From Candidatus Aminicenantes bacterium (GTDB lineage: Bacteria; Acidobacteriota; Aminicenantia; Aminicenantales; UBA4085): a stretch of 64,000 nt of DNA. Every line of letters begins with the position of its first letter. The first letter of the stretch is position 1. The notes below the pieces were generated by a model that worked only from the letters and a program-made list of their open reading frames with translations, searched no databases and had not been told where the DNA came from. The stretch is taken from NCBI GenBank assembly GCA_963729855.1, contig CAVSPT010000006.1, forward strand, positions 1,344,770-1,408,769, in the 5' to 3' direction. A program made the position numbers and the translations under genes. Shown piece by piece: positions 62,585-64,000 of the stretch.

Positions 62585-63560
62585 GCAGGCACTCCCAGCC
62601 GGAAGGGATCGGCGGGGTCAAAGATCAGCGTGCACTTTGGCGGTGATATGACGCCGAGCCGGTGATGATGGAGGATGATCTTGTCTGCGCGTGCTCTCCT
62701 GGTCAAGCTCATAGCGTGCCCTCGAAAACCGTGCCCAGAATGCCTTCCTGCCGCCAGGACTTCGCCCGGCTTGAGCAGGCCATCGGCGGCCAGGCAGGCC
62801 ATCTTGGCGCTGGTGCCGGTGCCGCAGGGCGAACGGTCATAAGCATTGCCGGGGCAGAGAACGAAGTTGCGGCTGTGGTTGGCCGGGTCGTGAGCGGCGC
62901 CGAACAGCTCGATGTGGTCGATCTCGGCGCCGTCGGCTCCCGGTGATGCCTGCCTCGGTAGCGCCCGGCGAATCTCCCAGGTGAAGCGGTCAGCGGTTCA
63001 CTCGCTGGCGTCAGTCGCTGAGCGTGCAAAGCTGTGTTCTCGACCAGGAAGAACCAGTTGCCGCCCCAGGCCACGTCGCCGGGAACCACGCCGTAGCCGG
63101 GAACATCCACGTGACTCCGGCTTGATGGCGATAGGCTGGGACATTCCGGCAGGTGACTTGGTTATCGGCCTGCAAGTCGAACCTTGACGACCCCAACCGG
63201 GGTTTCGATGAGATGATCGCCGGGCGTATGTGTCCCTGGTAGGCCAACGTGGCGGCGACGCCGATGATGCCGTGGCCGCACATGCCCAGGTAGCCCGCAT
63301 TATTGAAGAAGATCACGCCCGTCGCGCAAGCCGGATCGACCGGCTCAACCAGAAATGCGCCCACCAGAACGTCGGAGCCGCGCGGCTCGCAAAGAATGGC
63401 GCGCCGGTAGTGGTCGTAGTCGCGGCGCAGGATTTCCAAGGCGCTCCGCAAGCGGACCAGTGCCGAGATGCGGTCCGCCGGACAAAACACAACGAGTCGG
63501 CTCTCCCGCGGTGTGCGAGTCGATGACATCCATACGAAGAGGCTGTTGCGCGTTCGTCAT
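62581..63560 (-). CDS. Proline racemase / 4-hydroxyproline epimerase family protein; frameshifted
   Basis: [30 protein letters not shown]..., [46 protein letters not shown] (first catalytic Cys motif), ...[13 protein letters not shown]... in separate frames. Confidence 0.6.
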
Positions 63561-63845
63561 AAACGTCTGCTCATGCGGGTAAATACAACCCGCCACAATG
63601 AAATTTTTTCGCGTGCAAGAGGGAAGACCAGCGCAAAATCCCAAGATGGTATCTGCAATCCTGAATCGGATAATACAGCCGTCAAAAGATTGCGCTCTGC
63701 GGCAAAGTATACAAGATCGCATACAATAAATTCAATCCTGCGGCCGGTTTTTTCGCGATGAATTGCCTTTATTTTCCACGGCAGTACTTGCGATCAGTCG
63801 CGGCAGGGTCTGATACCAGCCGCGCCCGTTCTCCGCCGAGAACCT

Positions 63846-64000
63846 ATGGCTGATGCGCCAAATCGACGAGTTGCATCTGAACTATCGTTTGCCTGTAGCC
63901 GCATGATGCGCGATCTGCTCTGCCAATTCAAGCACTGGGCGCTTGCCGTGCTCGGCTGAGTGATGCAGTATGGACTTGGCGGGTGGTGAACCCCGAATCC
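63846..64000 (+). mobile_element. Fragment resembling the N-terminal HTH region of an IS3-family transposase OrfB (frameshifted; continues past the window end)
   Basis: WLMRQIDELHLNYRLPVAA* and FACSRMMRDLLCQF in adjacent frames. This resembles the IS3-family motif MRQIDELHLEYPFAGSRMLRDLL recalled from memory. No intact OrfA lies upstream. Confidence 0.35.

Overview
This is a 64 kb high-GC (about 65%) bacterial chromosomal segment. It appears to be from a Gram-negative organism, because it encodes a SurA-like chaperone, LPS-core and O-antigen-type genes, an outer-membrane protein and a TolB-like protein.

Positions 1-45.7 kb are densely packed, mostly intact genes. They include a SpeE-domain fusion protein cut by the window edge, two PpiC/SurA-type PPIases, mfd, a lone type IV pilin-like gene, a large secreted/outer-membrane protein and a tandem bactofilin pair flanked by envelope enzymes. 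Further on are a heptose adenylyltransferase with a Wzm/Wzt polysaccharide ABC exporter, and an ATP-synthase operon atpF'-F-H-A-G-D-C that lacks atpB/atpE. After folC, accD and a receiver-only response regulator come several glycosyltransferase modules. Among them is a translationally coupled YdjC-deacetylase, ArnC-like GT2, ArnT-like GT-C and acyltransferase operon resembling lipid-carrier aminosugar modification systems. The block ends with asnB, a heptosyltransferase, rsmA and a radical-SAM/SPASM gene. Six intergenic spacers carry two families of REP/MITE-like palindromic repeats.

From about 44.2 kb onward the character changes. Conserved and even essential genes (rsmA, a TolB-like gene, rpsA, rplT, infC, mtaB, an MFS transporter and a complete hydroxyproline-catabolism cluster) carry many single-base frameshifts. 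A 5'-truncated rmuC remnant marks an abrupt junction near 46.75 kb. Lower-GC islands there carry a class-3 lipase and methyltransferases, and the window ends in an IS3-family transposase fragment. The frameshift density most likely reflects uncorrected indel errors or a chimeric or low-coverage join rather than biology, so downstream annotation there is provisional.

No CRISPR array, rRNA or convincing tRNA was seen.
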